IMG/VR virus record: IMGVR_UViG_3300028832_000122
Coordinates: 1-64,000 of that record
Direction: 5' to 3' (one strand)
DNA from: a virus
Lineage: Duplodnaviria; Caudoviricetes
DNA: 64,000 bases
The notes under the pieces were generated by a model. That model searched no databases and had not been told where the DNA came from. It was given only the letters and a program-made list of their open reading frames with translations. A program made the position numbers and the translations under genes. Positions 20,573 through 29,280 of this stretch are shown here, in pieces (the first letter of the stretch is position 1; each line of letters starts with the position of its first letter).

Positions 20573-20961
20573 GTAGGGGGTTCGGTTTCCTCTTCGCCTT
20601 CAGGCTCTGCCATCAGATCCTCCAGCGGTTTCATGTAAAGCTTGGTTAGGATACCGAGCAGCTCATCCTTATGGCTCTGCTGCTTCCATATCTCCTTGAC
20701 CTTTTCGGGCATCATGCCCTTGTGATGCATCTGGAACGCACCGAGGAACAGATCCTCAATCATCGTGTGCGGGAAATCAGTGTTCAGCTGGAATCCCCTG
20801 CGCTCCATGTTCTTAATCACCCTGGCGTTAAATTCAAGGGTGTACTTTTTGCCGTCCTTATCGGCGATGATTACCTTGGTGAAATCCTTCTCAGTTGTCG
20901 CAGCCATTGGCTTGCCTTCCTTTCTCGCCTGACTTGCAGGCACACTTTTTCTTGTTGCCAT
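20557..20961 (-). CDS. Tail assembly chaperone
   Basis: KKYTLEFNARVIKNMERRGF motif; between major tail protein and TMP. Confidence 0.75.
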   Translation of the reverse strand: MATRKSVPASQARKEGKPMAATTEKDFTKVIIADKDGKKYTLEFNARVIKNMERRGFQLNTDFPHTMIEDLFLGAFQMHHKGMMPEKVKEIWKQQSHKDELLGILTKLYMKPLEDLMAEPEGEEETEPPTWETV

Positions 20962-20986
20962 TGTTTTTTCTCCTTATATAAGTTTG

Positions 20987-21020
20987 GGTCGGGAGAGAGG
21001 CTGTCCTCTCCCCCTTCCCT
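20987..21020 (-). terminator. Stem-loop after major tail protein gene
   Basis: GGGAGAGAGG/CCTCTCCCCC imperfect inverted repeat. Confidence 0.5.
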
Positions 21021-21029
21021 TACTCATCA

Positions 21030-21479
21030 TCAGGTGGAACTGAACACAACGACCGTGCTGGGGGTGACGTTGATAGTCATACCGACAGCCTCGTTCACGC
21101 CGCCGCCATTGATACCAGCGGAAATTTCACCGGTCCAGCTGAACTTCCCGTTGTGACCATCGGGGGTTTCTGCACCGGCGGAACCGGTAGCGCCGAACCA
21201 TACAGCCATGTGCAGTGTCTTACCTTCCTTGGCAACAACAGCAGCATAGTTTTCGGGGGTGTAATTGGCCCCGAAGCTGAACTCGGAGGTGTCGCCGATG
21301 CCCTGGATGTAGACGCGCATATAGTCGGACAAGGAGGTAATATCGATACGATCCTTCGGAGGAATCAGATCCGGGAAGGAAGTGATATCGATAAGTTTGT
21401 CAGCCGCTGTAAGCGCACTCGTTGTGGTGCTGCACAGCAGATAAGTCTGATACGTGGAAATACCTTTCTGAGCAGGCAT
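21030..21479 (-). CDS. Major tail protein
   Basis: DLIPPKDRIDITSLSD...IQGIGDTSEFSFGANY...GGGVNEAVGMTINVTPS tail-tube motifs. Confidence 0.88.
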   Translation of the reverse strand: MPAQKGISTYQTYLLCSTTTSALTAADKLIDITSFPDLIPPKDRIDITSLSDYMRVYIQGIGDTSEFSFGANYTPENYAAVVAKEGKTLHMAVWFGATGSAGAETPDGHNGKFSWTGEISAGINGGGVNEAVGMTINVTPSTVVVFSST

Positions 21480-21581
21480 AGTCTTTTCTCCTTTCGTCAG
21501 TTATTGAATGTAAAAACGCATGAATGCGTGGGTAGAACCCTAACTCGCAATCATGCGTCTTTATGTTATTCTGTTTCACCG

Positions 21582-21977
21582 TCAGCTTATACGGTAGATA
21601 TTTCCTTCTCGGTCTATCTCCGCTTCGTATCTGGCGGTGTATCGGAATATGTTGACGTTGTCGGAATTATCAAGATAATCCCCGCCAACCCTTGTGAAAC
21701 CCATGGAAATCATTTCGTCGTCCGCTGCATTCAATACGGAACGCGCCTCCGCCTTTGTCTTTGCATATATATCAAGCTGATACATAACCACTGCAAAGTT
21801 TTCAATCGGCGTTGAGCTTTGACGTTTTCTGACCGTTCTGTTAGTCAGTTCCATCAGGGATCCTGCAGGGAATGCGGTTGGATCTGGGACATATACACTG
21901 ACGAACTTTCCTTTTGCACACATCGGTGCAACCTTCCGATAAACCCTGTCAAACACATTGACCTCATAGTCTATCAT
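21582..21977 (-). CDS. Tail terminator/completion protein
   Basis: YQLDIYAKT...MISMGFTR motif and position. Confidence 0.7.
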   Translation of the reverse strand: MIDYEVNVFDRVYRKVAPMCAKGKFVSVYVPDPTAFPAGSLMELTNRTVRKRQSSTPIENFAVVMYQLDIYAKTKAEARSVLNAADDEMISMGFTRVGGDYLDNSDNVNIFRYTARYEAEIDREGNIYRIS

Positions 21978-22678
21978 CAGTACGCACCTCCGCCTGGAAG
22001 ATATTCAGCAATAATATCTGCACCATTCCTTTGGGCTTTATCCATCAAATCCAATAGCGTGTTATACATAAACGGCTTTGGCGGCTGACCGCCCCTTACA
22101 GTATAAAACTTCCCTGTCCATCTGTCCTTATATACCCATCCGCGAAACTGACCGCCCTGTGCGTTCTCAATCATCTTGTACTCTTTAGACGGCCTGTACT
22201 TTCCTTTTTTTGAAGGATGGTCGGATGTGCGGCCTTCTGAGCGTGCAACAAGCCCTTGCGATTTTAATACGTTGTAGGCTTTTGAGCTATTGATGCGCGA
22301 CCCGTCCTGTCTGTAATGGTTTGAAGTGCCGAATCCAAACTCAAAGAACACCGCATAACTGACATTGCTGTAAAGTGGATTGTCTGACATATGGTCGTTT
22401 GGATAACCGGCCATCAGATATCCCTCTCCGGACTTTCCGTTAGCCATTTCATATCGGATGCTTCTCAAAAGGTTTCCCTTGTTTGCGCCGTCACCCTTTG
22501 TGAAATATCTCCTAAGATTAAGCCTTGCAATCATCACGCCGTCTTTAAGAAGTGATTCGCACAACGCATCCAAAGCCATTTGCAAATCAGTATTCAGATT
22601 GCGCACATCGTCAATTGCATGCTGGATTGATTCAGGGTCAAGCGTCATTTTTATTTCTTTAAAAATGATTTTGCCCAT
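21977..22678 (-). CDS. HK97 gp10-like neck protein
   Basis: GNLLRSI...YAVFFEFGFG...GQPPKPFMYNT motifs. Confidence 0.75.
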   Translation of the reverse strand: MGKIIFKEIKMTLDPESIQHAIDDVRNLNTDLQMALDALCESLLKDGVMIARLNLRRYFTKGDGANKGNLLRSIRYEMANGKSGEGYLMAGYPNDHMSDNPLYSNVSYAVFFEFGFGTSNHYRQDGSRINSSKAYNVLKSQGLVARSEGRTSDHPSKKGKYRPSKEYKMIENAQGGQFRGWVYKDRWTGKFYTVRGGQPPKPFMYNTLLDLMDKAQRNGADIIAEYLPGGGAY

Positions 22679-22693
22679 CAGTCACAATCCCCT

Positions 22694-23050
22694 TCAGACC
22701 GTACATTCATTGTCAACGGTGTCAGCAAGAAGTGCTACGGACAGAACATTTATGCTCGGACGCACAGCGGTAATCGCATACATATGCCCCTTGTATCGAA
22801 TCTTCCCATACTCGCAGATATCCGCTTTAGGGTTGTCCATAATAAGGACATGCGAATACCGAATCTCAAGTCCGTCAAACGCCTGTATTGCACTTCCGCT
22901 TGGTGACGAAATGTTTCCGGTATAAGTAATCGGATCGCCGTACACAGGCTGCGGAACGCCTGTATGAAGGCCGTTATCGTCAAGATCTGACTCAAGGCCT
23001 GTGTACGGCATGTACTCAAACTCAGTGCAGTTTCTCTTCAGCAGCTTCAC
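22694..23050 (-). CDS. Head closure/head-tail adaptor protein
   Basis: Position and GNISSPSG...FDGLEIRYSHVL motif. Confidence 0.7.
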   Translation of the reverse strand: MKLLKRNCTEFEYMPYTGLESDLDDNGLHTGVPQPVYGDPITYTGNISSPSGSAIQAFDGLEIRYSHVLIMDNPKADICEYGKIRYKGHMYAITAVRPSINVLSVALLADTVDNECTV

Positions 23051-23064
23051 TTCCGCTCACCGCC

Positions 23065-23400
23065 TTATCGGATTGCCTGTGCGTATGAGTACACATCCTT
23101 CAGCATGGCATCCGGCACGTCAGACGACCCGTAATTTCGGTGGATTCCGTTTTCTATATGCTGGATTTCGCCTTCTGCGCCGCGTTTATTCAACATGTAA
23201 ACGCATATGTTCAGCTGAATCATCGCATACCGATCAGGGACTTCCAGCCCGTCGTAGTTGTCTTTGTACGGATACATGCGGTTAAGGATTTTCTGAGCGG
23301 CGATTTCAAGGTAGGCTTCCAGGATGCCTTCGTCCGTATCGTCCCCGTCCATCATCCGGCGGAGCAAATCGATTTTCTTTTCGTTGGTCATCCTGATCAT
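23065..23400 (-). CDS. Head-tail connector (SPP1 gp15-like)
   Basis: NKRGAEGEIQHIENGIHRNY motif. Confidence 0.8.
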   Translation of the reverse strand: MIRMTNEKKIDLLRRMMDGDDTDEGILEAYLEIAAQKILNRMYPYKDNYDGLEVPDRYAMIQLNICVYMLNKRGAEGEIQHIENGIHRNYGSSDVPDAMLKDVYSYAQAIR

Positions 23401-23405
23401 CTCCC

Positions 23406-23615
23406 TTACTCGCTGATCTTTTTGCGCCTCGTTCCTGAGGACGCACGTGCCTTCGTTTCCGCCTTCGGCTCTTCCTTCGCAGGTTCTTCCATCGCCGGAA
23501 CTTCAGGCACTTCCGCAGGCTTCTCAGTCTTCTTCGGAGTTTCTTCCTTTTCGGGAATCTCCTCACCGGCGCGATACCACCGGCCGTTCACCTTGATGTT
23601 ATGAGTCGCAATCAT
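23406..23615 (-). CDS. Small charged head-associated protein
   Basis: NIKVNGRWYRAGEEIP followed by low-complexity tail; after MCP. Confidence 0.55.
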   Translation of the reverse strand: MIATHNIKVNGRWYRAGEEIPEKEETPKKTEKPAEVPEVPAMEEPAKEEPKAETKARASSGTRRKKISE

Positions 23616-23634
23616 GGCGAACTCCTTTCATATG

Positions 23635-23671
23635 AAATCTGTCCCGGGCGTCCGAACACAGACGCCCAGGA
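23635..23671 (-). terminator. Stem-loop after major capsid gene
   Basis: GGGCGTC/GACGCCC inverted repeat. Confidence 0.5.
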
Positions 23672-23678
23672 TTATTCA

Positions 23679-24749
23679 TCAATAAACCTTCAGCAGGGCA
23701 ACCTCGTCCATGCGCTCGTAGCTGGGCAGCACGATCTCGGAAGCGAAGGTGTTCAGGTTCACGGGATGCGGGTCGAGGATCTGAGTCACAGCGACGCCGG
23801 TCTCGACAATCTGAACGGAGGCGATGCTCTTGCCCATCAGGTCAGCTTCTTCGGGAGTCGTGCCGTAGCAGGTTTCTCCGAGAGCGCCGGTTGGAACCAG
23901 GGCCACATAGCCGTCCGGTACGAACTTCGCAGCGACCTTGCTCTCGTTCCTGTACTGCTTGTCGTACAAAACGATGCCGTCCAGGTCGTTGGTGTCCTTC
24001 AGGATCTGAATGATTTCAGCATCCGTCAGGTAGCCGAACGCAGTGCCGGACTTGGTCAGGTAGCGGTTCTTGATGTTGGCATTCGTCCGCAGGTTCTTGA
24101 AGGTGTTCTTGTTCATAATCATGATGCGCAGATCAGAACCGGTCTTCGCGGCAATCGCATCCTTCGCATCCTGAATGTCACCAAACGGATCAGCGGTGGC
24201 GGGGGCATTCCACTTCGCAGTGTCGTCTGTCAGCTCAAAGTAGTTGGAAGCCCTCCAGGATCCATCCGGGTCGTAGTTGTAGGTGTAATCCACACCGTTC
24301 GCAGTGATGGTGATGCCGACGTTACCGTTCTTGGCGAACAGCAGCTGCATCCTCTCACGCTCACCAACGACCAGAGCGCCTTCGATCAGTTCACGGGCGT
24401 CATCAAAGACGCGGGCAATCGCGGCGTTCACATAGGGGTCATTGGCACTCTGGGCACGCAGGATATCCTGACGATCCCGTTCCTTAATCTTAAAGCCTTC
24501 ACGGAAGAACGGCATCTCGGTTTCGACTTTCTCGACACCGATCCGATCACGGAAGGTCGCTTTCGCATCAAAAGCACTGGGCATCAGGGATACCGGAATG
24601 CCCTTGCTGCCTTTAATCCATTTCAGATCCAGACCAGCCTGCTTACGGGCGGGGAACAGACCTTCGCCCAGGTAGGGAATCCGGTTGCTGACATTTTCAG
24701 TCCAGTTCGCACCGATGGCGGCAGGACTAAACAGTCCATCAAACAGCAT
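23679..24749 (-). CDS. Major capsid protein (major capsid protein E-like)
   Basis: 356 aa; YLGEGLFPARK...MPFFREG...VPDGYVAL...LPSYERMD motifs and position. Confidence 0.88.
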   Translation of the reverse strand: MLFDGLFSPAAIGANWTENVSNRIPYLGEGLFPARKQAGLDLKWIKGSKGIPVSLMPSAFDAKATFRDRIGVEKVETEMPFFREGFKIKERDRQDILRAQSANDPYVNAAIARVFDDARELIEGALVVGERERMQLLFAKNGNVGITITANGVDYTYNYDPDGSWRASNYFELTDDTAKWNAPATADPFGDIQDAKDAIAAKTGSDLRIMIMNKNTFKNLRTNANIKNRYLTKSGTAFGYLTDAEIIQILKDTNDLDGIVLYDKQYRNESKVAAKFVPDGYVALVPTGALGETCYGTTPEEADLMGKSIASVQIVETGVAVTQILDPHPVNLNTFASEIVLPSYERMDEVALLKVY

Positions 24750-24790
24750 ATTGGTTATCTCCTTTCATTTTTTGTTTCTTGTTATGCCTG

Positions 24791-25438
24791 TCAGACGGGC
24801 CACTGCACATGCCTGAGCAGGTGACCGCATCCGACTCTTACGTCCGCATAAATCCGAATCCCGCTTGCCCTGCACAGGGAGCAGAAGTACAGGTCTTCAC
24901 TCAGCATCCCACGGTTCTTGTCCCCGTAATTCACCCAGTCGTACCACGGGTACTCGAGTTTACGGAACACTTCCGTTCGGATCAGTGCACATCCCATACC
25001 TCCGCCATGAACCTCAATCTTCGACGTCACCGTACTCAGTGCCATCTCATTCAGTTCCTCAGCGGTATACTCGGATTCCAGCGGATAGTGGTAATACTCG
25101 TTGCCGTCATCATCGTACAGTTTGCAGATGCATGTCCTGCCGTGATAAAGGTTGTCAGTTCCCCTGTGAGCGTAGAAGCCAAGGTTGACTTCGTGTGCGT
25201 CCTCAAGAAGCAGTTTCAGTGCATCCTTCGGAAGCACCACGTCGTTGTCGACCATCAGCACATAATCCGTTTCCAGATCAAGCGCCTTCTGAGCAATCTT
25301 GTTCCGTGCCGTAGCAACGTCATAGCCACGCACGGATTCAAACAATACTTCATGCTCGTCCTTATCCAAATCCCACAATGACTTGTAGGTGTCAGGATAA
25401 ATCGTTTCAAATGTAGGAACTGCAACGAGTATTCTCAT
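24791..25438 (-). CDS. GT-A fold glycosyltransferase inserted in head module
   Basis: ILVAVPT...VATARNKIAQKAL...YVLMVDND (DxD)...GMGCALIR...SEDLYFC...GH motifs. Confidence 0.82.
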   Translation of the reverse strand: MRILVAVPTFETIYPDTYKSLWDLDKDEHEVLFESVRGYDVATARNKIAQKALDLETDYVLMVDNDVVLPKDALKLLLEDAHEVNLGFYAHRGTDNLYHGRTCICKLYDDDGNEYYHYPLESEYTAEELNEMALSTVTSKIEVHGGGMGCALIRTEVFRKLEYPWYDWVNYGDKNRGMLSEDLYFCSLCRASGIRIYADVRVGCGHLLRHVQWPV

Positions 25439-25452
25439 CGGTTACCTCCCGA

Positions 25453-25800
25453 TCAGGTAGCCCCGGTCGCACCCTGCTGAGCGCAGATGTTGGTACGGAA
25501 CACAATGCCGGGAAGCGCTTCATACAGAGCGGACACATAGGTCACAGTGCTGTGAGCCTGCGCCTTGGTGGCGTCGATAATGCCCTGCACAACGGCAGCA
25601 CCGTTCGGATTCTTGGTGGGATCCACATCGTACAGCAGGATACCGACAGCACCGGAACCGGTGGTGGATTCACCCGCAGCAGTCAGGGGCGTGCCAGCCT
25701 TCAGAACGCTGCTACCGGCCACTTTAACCGGGATCGCCTGGAAGTCCTTGCTGGCCAGAATTTCAATCGTTCCGGCATAAGCAGTCTTGGCAAAATTCAT
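25453..25800 (-). CDS. Head decoration/auxiliary capsid protein
   Basis: 115 aa between scaffold and MCP; VLKAGTPL...AVGILLYDVD motif. Confidence 0.7.
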   Translation of the reverse strand: MNFAKTAYAGTIEILASKDFQAIPVKVAGSSVLKAGTPLTAAGESTTGSGAVGILLYDVDPTKNPNGAAVVQGIIDATKAQAHSTVTYVSALYEALPGIVFRTNICAQQGATGAT

Positions 25801-25841
25801 ACCTTTTTCTCTCCTTTCACGTTAGTGAATAAATATTTCCT

Positions 25842-25860
25842 ATCGGTCAGACTGACCGAT
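25842..25860. terminator. Perfect 8-bp stem-loop between scaffold and decoration genes
   Basis: ATCGGTCA-GAC-TGACCGAT. Confidence 0.5.
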
Positions 25861-25867
25861 TTCAGTC

Positions 25868-26584
25868 TCACCGCATATAGGCACTCATGGCTTTCTGAGC
25901 CTGTTCGTTCTGTGCGTTCCGAGCCTTGCCGATTTCAGCGGCGCGCTTGATCGCCTGTGCCTCCGGGCTGTTGCTGTCCGCTCCCGCACCGGGACCTGTG
26001 ATCTTCCCGTACTCAAGCTTCAGTGCTTTTTCCTTCGCCTGCCATGCTTTCTGAATCTCAAGCAGGGCATTGTCAATATCCGATGCGCCGTACAGATGAT
26101 CCGCAAGATTGCCTGCGGTCCCTTCATCAAGACCAAGCTTCCCCATCACGGACTTTACGGTATCCGCCCGGGCAACCTGTCTTTCAAGCTCGGCAATGCG
26201 CTTTGCCTGTGCCTCCTCCGCCTCTTTTTTTTCGGAGGCGTCAATCTGTTCCTGGGTCATCTTGCTCCGCAGTTCTTTCCGAAGGTTGCCCGCTTCGCTT
26301 GTCGCCTTGTCGAGCGACGCTTTTTGACGCGCCATTTCAGCCTTCAGACGGGCGATTTCAGCGTCCTTTGCGTCAGGCGTGCTGTCAGTCCCGTCTTCCG
26401 CTACATGGGCGTTTATGGCCCCTTCTGTGCCGTCTGCTGATACGTCTGTCGTATCTGCCACATCGCCTGCAGGAGCGGAAACGCTTCCGCCCATTCCGGC
26501 ATCCCCGGCAGAACCGCCGTCGCCCGCGCTCATAAAGAACTTCGGACCCATCCAGAAACAATTCCGATTACGAATCATGCTCAT
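25868..26584 (-). CDS. Capsid scaffolding protein
   Basis: Acidic low-complexity N-terminus, coiled coil, position upstream of capsid genes. Confidence 0.78.
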   Translation of the reverse strand: MSMIRNRNCFWMGPKFFMSAGDGGSAGDAGMGGSVSAPAGDVADTTDVSADGTEGAINAHVAEDGTDSTPDAKDAEIARLKAEMARQKASLDKATSEAGNLRKELRSKMTQEQIDASEKKEAEEAQAKRIAELERQVARADTVKSVMGKLGLDEGTAGNLADHLYGASDIDNALLEIQKAWQAKEKALKLEYGKITGPGAGADSNSPEAQAIKRAAEIGKARNAQNEQAQKAMSAYMR

Positions 26585-26592
26585 ACTCCTTT

Positions 26593-26678
26593 GCGTTTTT
26601 TACCGTGCTTCTCTGCACCTGTTTATTGTGCGTTTTAACGTCTTCTCTGACGGTTCGCGTTTTAACGTCTTCTCTGAC
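26593..26678 (-). repeat. Leader repeats upstream of scaffold gene
   Basis: GCGTTTTAACGTCTTCTCTGAC exact at 26630-26651 and 26657-26678; degenerate copy at 26593-26618. Confidence 0.85.
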
Positions 26679-26713
26679 ATTTATTTCAAACAGCTTTACG
26701 CCGTCTAAAACCT

Positions 26714-27358
26714 TTACTCAATCGGTTTCAGCATGCACCTGCATCCGTAGTGAGGTTTCGGCGGGATCTCGTTTATCGGGAATTCCATGCCGTGCAACTC
26801 ATTACATGCGTGGCATGTCCGCTCGTCTTCCTCGGTTATCCACTGCACCCGTTTCACACCTGCATCCTTAAACGCCTGCACAACAGCCTCGTCCGTGAAC
26901 TCGATGGCGTACTGCCCGAGCTGCTTTGTCCAGTCCCGAAGCCCCCTGTCAATCAGCCTGTTCCTGTCCTGCGATACTTCCAGCTGTTCGGCGAGCCTGT
27001 ACGCTTTCCGCTCCGCCTCGCTTGTAAACCTGTACAGTGTTACGAAGTCCGTCTGGTCGAGGATCTTGTCCACCCACTTCATGGTAATGGCTTCGTCTGC
27101 CATCTTCTGGGCTTTCTTCATATCCTCGCCGAGCATTATCATGGCAAGGATGTACGCCTCGAACGCAACCTCATAGTACCGCCTGCGTGCCTTCTTCACG
27201 CTCGTCCTGTACACTGTCACGACCGTGCGGATGATGTTTACCCTTTCCCACTTCGCCATCTTCAGCTGACCGAACGCTTCCACGCTCTCACGGTCCATTG
27301 CCTTGATAGCCTTGTCACACGGCTGGTAGTAGTTCAGTTCGCTTCTTTTCATGCTCAC
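26714..27358 (-). CDS. Minor capsid protein (SPP1 gp7/Mu gpF-like)
   Basis: VQWITEEDERTCHAC...PPKPHYGCRC motif. Confidence 0.85.
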   Translation of the reverse strand: MSMKRSELNYYQPCDKAIKAMDRESVEAFGQLKMAKWERVNIIRTVVTVYRTSVKKARRRYYEVAFEAYILAMIMLGEDMKKAQKMADEAITMKWVDKILDQTDFVTLYRFTSEAERKAYRLAEQLEVSQDRNRLIDRGLRDWTKQLGQYAIEFTDEAVVQAFKDAGVKRVQWITEEDERTCHACNELHGMEFPINEIPPKPHYGCRCMLKPIE

Positions 27359-29079
27359 CGCCTGAACCCGATGCCGTTATCACGCCGTGCCTTGTTGGCG
27401 CAGGACAGGGAGTCGTAAATCTGCTTGTCATCGTGCTTTTGGAATCTCTTCCCGCACACGGGGCAGATTGCCCACTTGCCCTGTGACGAACCGCTCCCGC
27501 CTCCTCCACCACCGGAGGATTCTTCATCACCCGCAGCCGCTACGGCTTCCGGGCTTGTCGGGTTCACGGTGTCGTTCTCGTCAAGTGGCAGGCCTTCCGT
27601 AACGCCGTTCAGCCTGTCCAGTTCATCAGCCAGTTTCTGCTGATAATCGTCATATATAATGGCGTCGCTCTCAGGATCCCTGCTCAGATGGCTGAATGTG
27701 AACGCCTGGATTGCAGGCATACCGCTCGTCCTCAGCGTGCTGAAGCTTTGTGTCTTCACGAGCAGGTCCTCGTAACTCTGCCGCCAGAACTTCGGCTCAA
27801 GGTCGGAAATCTTCAGCCCTTCAAGCACATTGCGCTGGTCACATATCTTCAGCACGACCTTGAGGAACTCCGTTTCCGCAGCCTTCCACATTGCCTGTGT
27901 TTCCTGCATCCGCGCCTCGGCATCCCACCAGCCGTTTTTCATAATGACCGCGCCGTTATTACTGCTATCGCCCGTGTTTGCGTCGCCCTGGCTCGGCATA
28001 CCTACAATCCGCAGGATCTGCTGATACATATTGTCAATCAGCGTCTGCGTCTGGCTTTGGTCGAGCTGTTCATTCAGGTAGTACAGCTTACGTCCGCCGT
28101 TCGCACCCTGTGACGCAGGCAGTTTGATCGCACCAAGATCTTTCAGTTCAAGGAAGTCCTCCCTGCTGATGTCAACACCGTCGAACACCATCAGTGCCTG
28201 GATGAACTGATCCACGCCGTCAAGCCTGTTGCTCTGTGTAAGGTTAATGGCGTCCAGGAGCGGCACGACAGGCTCAAACGCACCCATATAGTTCGGGTTA
28301 CACGGGTATTCAATCAGGTTGACCATTCCGAAGTTGTGCTTCTCCTTCGCAATGATCTTCATTTCCTTGTCCACACCGTTGATGACGTACTTCGTGTTCG
28401 GCGTGTAGACCGTGTACTCCGGGCTTTGGTTGTTTTCTTCCTTGAACACGTACGTGACGCCCATAAGCACACGCTTCGTGAAGTCGCTCCTGCGGACAAC
28501 AAACGTGTTTTCGCTGTCGAGCACGTACATCTCGAAAGGCGCTTCGTCAAGGAACTCTTCCTGTGCGTTGTTCTGATTGTGGATGGCAAGCCTGTACGCC
28601 ACGCCACAAGTAAACATCTCATGGGCCAGGGTCAGATCCTTTGTCTGCTTGCCTTCACTCAGCATCATGCTGTTGACCGCGGCAACCTTCTCTGGGATTG
28701 TAACCTCGCCTTCCGGCACTTCCTCACGTACGCCGCTCGCACGGCTCACGTACTGGATAGGCTCTCCGGCAAACTCGGAAGTCTTGAACGTCACAATCTG
28801 GTTGGCGATATTCACGACAACCTTGTTATTCACCTCGGCGTTGTAGTTCTTCTTACGGAACAGCACAGGCTGTTGCCCCCGTACATACTTCTTGAGGAAG
28901 ATTTCCTCACGCCGGTTCATCTCATGAATAGGCAAAGCTTTCGTCAGCACTTCAATCACGTTCTCATCCGTGATCTCCTCAGCCGAGTTAAAGATCTGCC
29001 TTCTCCCGCGAAGGTTTTTTGACATTTCAAGATCTTCAGGCGTCAAACCGACGGTAACGTCGTAAACCTCAAGACCCAT
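27355..29079 (-). CDS. Portal protein (SPP1 gp6-like) with C-terminal zinc-finger-like extension
   Basis: NKVVVNIANQIV...YLNEQLD...SSNNGAVI motifs; start refined to ATG 29079 with GGAGG RBS. Confidence 0.88.
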   Translation of the reverse strand: MGLEVYDVTVGLTPEDLEMSKNLRGRRQIFNSAEEITDENVIEVLTKALPIHEMNRREEIFLKKYVRGQQPVLFRKKNYNAEVNNKVVVNIANQIVTFKTSEFAGEPIQYVSRASGVREEVPEGEVTIPEKVAAVNSMMLSEGKQTKDLTLAHEMFTCGVAYRLAIHNQNNAQEEFLDEAPFEMYVLDSENTFVVRRSDFTKRVLMGVTYVFKEENNQSPEYTVYTPNTKYVINGVDKEMKIIAKEKHNFGMVNLIEYPCNPNYMGAFEPVVPLLDAINLTQSNRLDGVDQFIQALMVFDGVDISREDFLELKDLGAIKLPASQGANGGRKLYYLNEQLDQSQTQTLIDNMYQQILRIVGMPSQGDANTGDSSNNGAVIMKNGWWDAEARMQETQAMWKAAETEFLKVVLKICDQRNVLEGLKISDLEPKFWRQSYEDLLVKTQSFSTLRTSGMPAIQAFTFSHLSRDPESDAIIYDDYQQKLADELDRLNGVTEGLPLDENDTVNPTSPEAVAAAGDEESSGGGGGGSGSSQGKWAICPVCGKRFQKHDDKQIYDSLSCANKARRDNGIGFRR

Positions 29080-29110
29080 ACCGCTCACCTCCGCTTCGTA
29101 AATGTAGAAA

Positions 29111-29146
29111 AAGACGCTGAAAACGATCTCTCGCAATCAGCGTCTT
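29111..29146. terminator. 10-bp perfect stem between terL and portal
   Basis: AAGACGCTGA...TCAGCGTCTT. Confidence 0.45.
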
Positions 29147-29280
29147 CCACTGTCCCGCTGGTGTCGGTTCCGTTCGCCCCGTAAATGTGGTCGAAAAGAA
29201 AGCGGAACAGTATCCTACGAATGCATTATATAGTGCATATCGTAGTTCTGTCAATACTAAATGTCGTATGCGTAAAAAAT

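Noticed and set aside
26593-26678. CRISPR-like repeats
   Set aside because: Gap between exact copies is 5 bp, too short for spacers
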